DNA from: Phyllobates terribilis
Taxonomy: Eukaryota
Length of the DNA: 64,000 nucleotides
Direction: 5' to 3'
NCBI RefSeq assembly: GCF_046119375.1
Contig: NW_027362768.1
Span: 29,698,001 to 29,762,000, forward strand
The notes under the pieces are model-generated. The model searched no databases. It saw only the letters and a program-made list of their open reading frames with translations, and was not told the origin of the DNA. Below are positions 61,031 through 64,000 of this stretch, in pieces. The number at the start of each line of letters is the position of its first letter. Position 1 is the first letter of the stretch. A program made the translations under genes and the position numbers.

Positions 61031-64000
61031 AAAACAATTTTCCGAGACCCGTAGTGTTTTCATTTTTATGAATATGGGCTGTGTGATGGCTTATTTTTGC
61101 CACTGAGATGACATTTTTATTAATACTATTTTGGGGTCAGATACAATGCTTTTATTGCCTCTTATTGCATTTTACTGCAATATTGCGGTGGCCAAAAAAA
61201 AAATGTAATTCTGGCCTTTTGATTTTTTTTCCTGTTACGCCGTTTACTGATCTGATTAATTTATTTAATATTTTGATATGTTAGGCATTTCTGAACATAG
61301 CAATAATGTGTATTTTTTATTTTCTTTTAATTGTTTTATTATCAATGGGGCGTGATTTGAACAATTTGTTTTTAATTTTTTCTCATTTTTTAAAACTTTT
61401 TTTTTCCCGATTTTTCACTGTATTTAATCATCCCCTCAGGGGGACTTGAAGCTGCACTAGTCTGTTTGTGCTATACATAGCAGTGCATCAACGCTGCTAT
61501 GTATAGCAGAAATCACAATCTCCTATGAACACCAGCTGTGGGTCCGGTTCACAGGAGGATTGTAATGACAGGCACAGAGGTCCTCAGCAGACCCCCAGCT
61601 ATCATGGCAAACCATCGGCGCCCCCTGATCACGTCACAGGCACGCCAATAGGAGCATGAAATTATGCACTCCCTGCCTACGTGTGTTAAATCCCGCTGTC
61701 AGAGATTGACAGCGGGATTTAACAGGTTAACAGCCGCAGGCAGAGCTCCACTCCACCCCCGGCTGTTAAAGGCACATGACGGATAAATAAATCAGCTGTC
61801 ATGTACGGGGAAAGATGCAGGCTTAGCTTGCACGCTAAGCCCGCATCAAAGGCATGACAAATGACAGAAAAATACATCATATGTTGTGAAGGGATTAAAT
61901 AAAGGGGCCCCAAATGAGGGACATTAATAAAGAGGCCCAGGATGAAGGATATTAAATAAAGGGCCCCAGGATGGGGGACATTATTACAGCAAGGGGGACA
62001 AATACTGTTTGTGGGCCAGGATGGGGAACATAATTATTGTTTGGGGGCCAGTATGAAGGACATAATTACTGTTCGGGGGCTAGAATGAGGAACATTGGCA
62101 AGTCTTTGGTGGCAAGTAGTGACACAATTACTGTAGGGGGCAACTATGGGATATTATTACTGCTGTAATATATTTTACTTTTGAAGATACTGTTTTCCAT
62201 GGGTGGAACAAGACAGAAGTCCTTTCACTTTGCAGGGCAGCACTACGTCACATTTTTTTTTTCATCTGGCGCAGTGCAGAAGTTAAGGAAAAATTGGGGT
62301 CTTTGATCTAAAAGCGATCTGTGTGTTACTTTCTGCAGAGACGAGTCCTCGCTGGAAGAGGTGATGGCGGTCTGCGCCAGATGATGAAGAAGAAAAGCGA
62401 AGTTGAATTACTTCAACTAGAGACATCACTGGTAAGTCACTGTATTACCTGTACACTTACACTATATACAGAGCTCCTGTGTATAATGTCACTAGTTGTC
62501 ACGCTGTCTCTGTATACTGGAGGTAGGGGGCCTAAGCTGACCCTAAGCTGGGGCCCTGACTAATCCCTCAACCTGGAGGTACTGTTAAAGGTACAGAGGT
62601 CCAGGCCGCCAGCGTAACCCCTACCTCCTGAGGATCCCTGCACCTAAGTAATCTAGTCCTGAGAAGGACCCCGATCACAACAAAAGAGGACAAGTAATAA
62701 TATGCCCACACACAGTACTTAGACGAACGAGACAGTACAAGGGAAAAACCAAAACCACCTTGCATACAAAAACTACACAACTACAACAGAGGGAACACCA
62801 ACGGGAAAGGAGATAAATGATAAAGTGAGGAAGGGAAAAACCACTCCAAATACACTTATCTCAGAAACTCCAAATACCACGATCCGCTCTGTAAGTCTGT
62901 ATGAAATGCTTTCACCGACACTTCCCAAACAGACCAGCAGGCATTTGAAGGAGACTCACTACAGCAGCATTGATTGCAGCTGGGCGAGGCTGGACCTCGT
63001 CTAGCACAGAGAGAGAGAGAATTAACTCCCTCACTGCTGAAAACACAAAGCACCAAAAAGTCAGCTGCGAGAAGTCAGGCTGTGTAATCGTGACGATCTT
63101 CGTGGCGACACACCCGTGACACTAGTTGTAATCTTAGTGTTATTAATATTGTGGTTTTTATTAACGATCAGTATTGTAGTATTCGGTCACTATGTGGTAA
63201 TATTATTTAGTCACTATGTGGTGGTAATATGTGGTCTGGCCATGGTGTGGCAGTATTTCTCCCCCGTATGTGGCATTATTGGTCTTGATATACTGGATCA
63301 TGTTGTGTATGAAGATCACTTGTTCTATCAATAAGGAGAAGATTCTTTATTTACATAAGAGATTAAATATTTGGACGTTTAACCCCTTCCTGACCTGCAT
63401 GTGTCTTTGTATTCTTCTACGGAGCATTATCATTTAATTTACAAAATATATTCCAAAAATAAGCTTTTATGCCACCATCCAAAGGACCCAGATAATGAAT
63501 TTTCTATGACTTCCATTTAGATGTAGAAGATGTAGAGCGGCCATTGTGAGGAACAATGCAGGACTGCTTTACCTTTTTCTGGAAGTCCTTCACCACATTG
63601 CTGTGATTTTCCATCTCTTCTTTTTGTCTTTATTTTTTTTCTTCTTCGTTTACCTTGCATTTTGTTTTGTCTTACAGCTGAATGAAGGACTCTGAGGCAA
63701 GAGTTTCATGTTATTTGGGGGCCTCAAGATTGGGACCCCATACCCTATTTGTAAATGTCTTAATAGCCCTTTAAATTAGATAATTTTCACCCATCACCAG
63801 ATTTCACAATACAAAGTGCATATATTATTAAAATGATCTTTTAGACCTGATGAGAGCTGATAAAGGGGCCTGGAAGCAGCGAAACCTGTATGTTGCACTA
63901 TATCAAATAAAGAAGATTCTGCTTCAATACCATTACGAATTCCATTGGTCACTTGTGCCACTATCTGTCTAGAGTTTGCTGTGCCCAACCCCATGTACGC

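Noticed and set aside
63400-64000. Possible 3'UTR of a convergent gene (FAM102B/EEIG2 by human synteny) and a 66-aa ORF
   Set aside because: No coding similarity recognised. Synteny alone is not enough to annotate it.

Overview
Vertebrate genomic DNA, almost certainly a frog (inferred from the anuran-type protein sequences and a TE set of T2/Kolobok MITEs, V-SINE, DIRS and piggyBac). Two host genes are transcribed divergently from a shared CpG-rich promoter at ~12.1-12.4 kb. PRPF38B (minus strand, 6 coding exons, 2272-12119, 498 aa) is a spliceosomal RS-domain factor. HENMT1 (plus strand, 6 coding exons, 23915-58964, 376 aa, plus a probable non-coding first exon) is the piRNA 3'-end 2'-O-methyltransferase. 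HENMT1 introns are heavily TE-expanded. They carry a full-length piggyBac (603-aa ORF, TTAA TSD, internal ~394-bp tandem array, nested in a Harbinger-type MITE) and an apparently intact intron-containing hAT (611 aa, perfect 8-bp TSD). The hAT sits in a three-level Tc1 > Penelope > hAT/solo-LTR nest. Also present are decayed Tc1, DD41D mariner, L2 and DIRS elements, a V-SINE, many MITEs and minisatellites. The most notable signals not shown by the ORF track are a candidate 56-nt stop-containing (poison) cassette exon in PRPF38B intron 4, a complete type I hammerhead ribozyme in sense orientation in a HENMT1 intron, and variant hammerhead-like motifs in Penelope termini. Coordinates were counted by eye, so TE boundaries may be off by a few bases. 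No databases were searched.
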